DNA of 64,000 nucleotides, taken from assembly GCA_964234715.1 (NCBI GenBank), contig OZ174280.1. One strand, 5' to 3'. This DNA is from Podarcis melisellensis. Lineage: Eukaryota. Positions within the stretch are counted from its first letter, which is position 1, and each line of letters starts with the position of its first letter. Shown one piece after another: positions 63,225 to 64,000 of the stretch. Under the pieces are notes generated by a model, which searched no databases, was not told where the DNA came from, and worked only from the letters and a program-made list of their open reading frames with translations. The position numbers and the translations under genes are program-made.

Positions 63225-63470
63225 CTTAATAGTCTGTTTGGATCAAACTAAAGGTTCGTCCATCCCATCATACTCTTTCCCATAATGGTCATGGAGATGC
63301 TTTGGGAAAGCCCACTAGAAGCAGAGTGTGAAGGCAACAGCCTTCCTCTGCTGCTGCCCACAGTAACAAGTAGGTTCCATTGAACTATCATGGCTAATAG
63401 GCATTACAGACACATTTGCCAAATCCCCCTTTGAAGTCAGTCAAGCCAGTGGCGATAATGACATCTTCTG
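63225..63470 (-). mobile_element. Old CR1 3' end fragment
   Basis: GGATCAAACTAAAGG...GATGCTTTGGGAAAGCCCAC...ATCATGGCTAATAG...AAGCCAGTGGC..GACATCTT is collinear with the reverse complement of 47100-47350. Confidence 0.6.
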
Positions 63471-64000
63471 TCAGACAGAAGATGGATCTCTAGTCTGACC
63501 CAGCTTGGCAACTATTATACTAAGTTATCTTGGGTGCTACTCCAAGTCAACACAAAAGTGAAGTTCCTTCATGATATAAATGGGGTGCAGTATGACAGCC
63601 TGTTCCTTGTATGTGTGGAGGACCTTCTCAGGGATGCCTACTATTTTTATATTATATGCAGGTTGTGAATAAGAGCAGAATGAACAGGGTGGAGATCAAG
63701 CCTCTATATCTGCTTCCAGAAAATCAGACAAGGTTGAAATATCTATGCTCTACTTCTGGTTCTCCTGGATGGTAATGATGAAGCTAGACAGGCTGAATTA
63801 TCCAGGATATAGCACAATGCATCAATATAATGATATAGCAGACAGGAAAGAATGACTCACCAGGTGCTGGTTTGCTTTGAGCAGAGAGAAAAAGAATACA
63901 ATGCCATCCCACCATACTGTTGGAACGGGGAGATTTTCCACAGAGATACAGGGCAGAACAGGGAGGCTTACTCAGAGGGAAGCCTGGTGTGAATAAGCCT

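Noticed and set aside
1-64000. Known miRNA, snoRNA or snRNA genes and a host gene symbol
   Set aside because: No mature miRNA or small-RNA sequence was recognised by eye and no coding exon identifies the host. Naming a gene would be a guess.

Overview
Eukaryotic, non-coding vertebrate DNA, almost certainly from a squamate reptile and most likely a lacertid lizard, judged from four Sauria SINE/Squam1 copies with (ACCTTT)n tails and a Squam3-like SINE. I find no intact protein-coding gene, rRNA, functional tRNA or CRISPR array. Almost all ORF-track entries are spurious; the few with recognisable protein motifs are decayed L2, CR1 and L1 retrotransposon ORF2 fragments. The window is a mosaic of SINEs, LINE fragments, Tc1/mariner-type and hAT-type MITEs (several with clean target-site duplications), Penelope-like remnants, microsatellites and two short assembly gaps, separated by unique sequence. 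It most plausibly lies in one large intron of a minus-strand gene that I cannot name (an A>T skew on + was seen only in spot-counted lines). Best leads: (1) a CpG-enriched promoter / alternative first exon candidate at about 24.4-25.3 kb, partly hidden by an N gap; (2) a 186-nt exon-shaped unit at 36.1-36.3 kb; (3) a recurring pattern in which unique, CNE-like segments are long degenerate palindromes or hairpins (clearest at 2.17-2.33, 7.88-8.11 and 49.72-49.82 kb). None of these is demonstrated to be a new biological system. They are hypotheses that need alignment, RNA-seq and folding tests.
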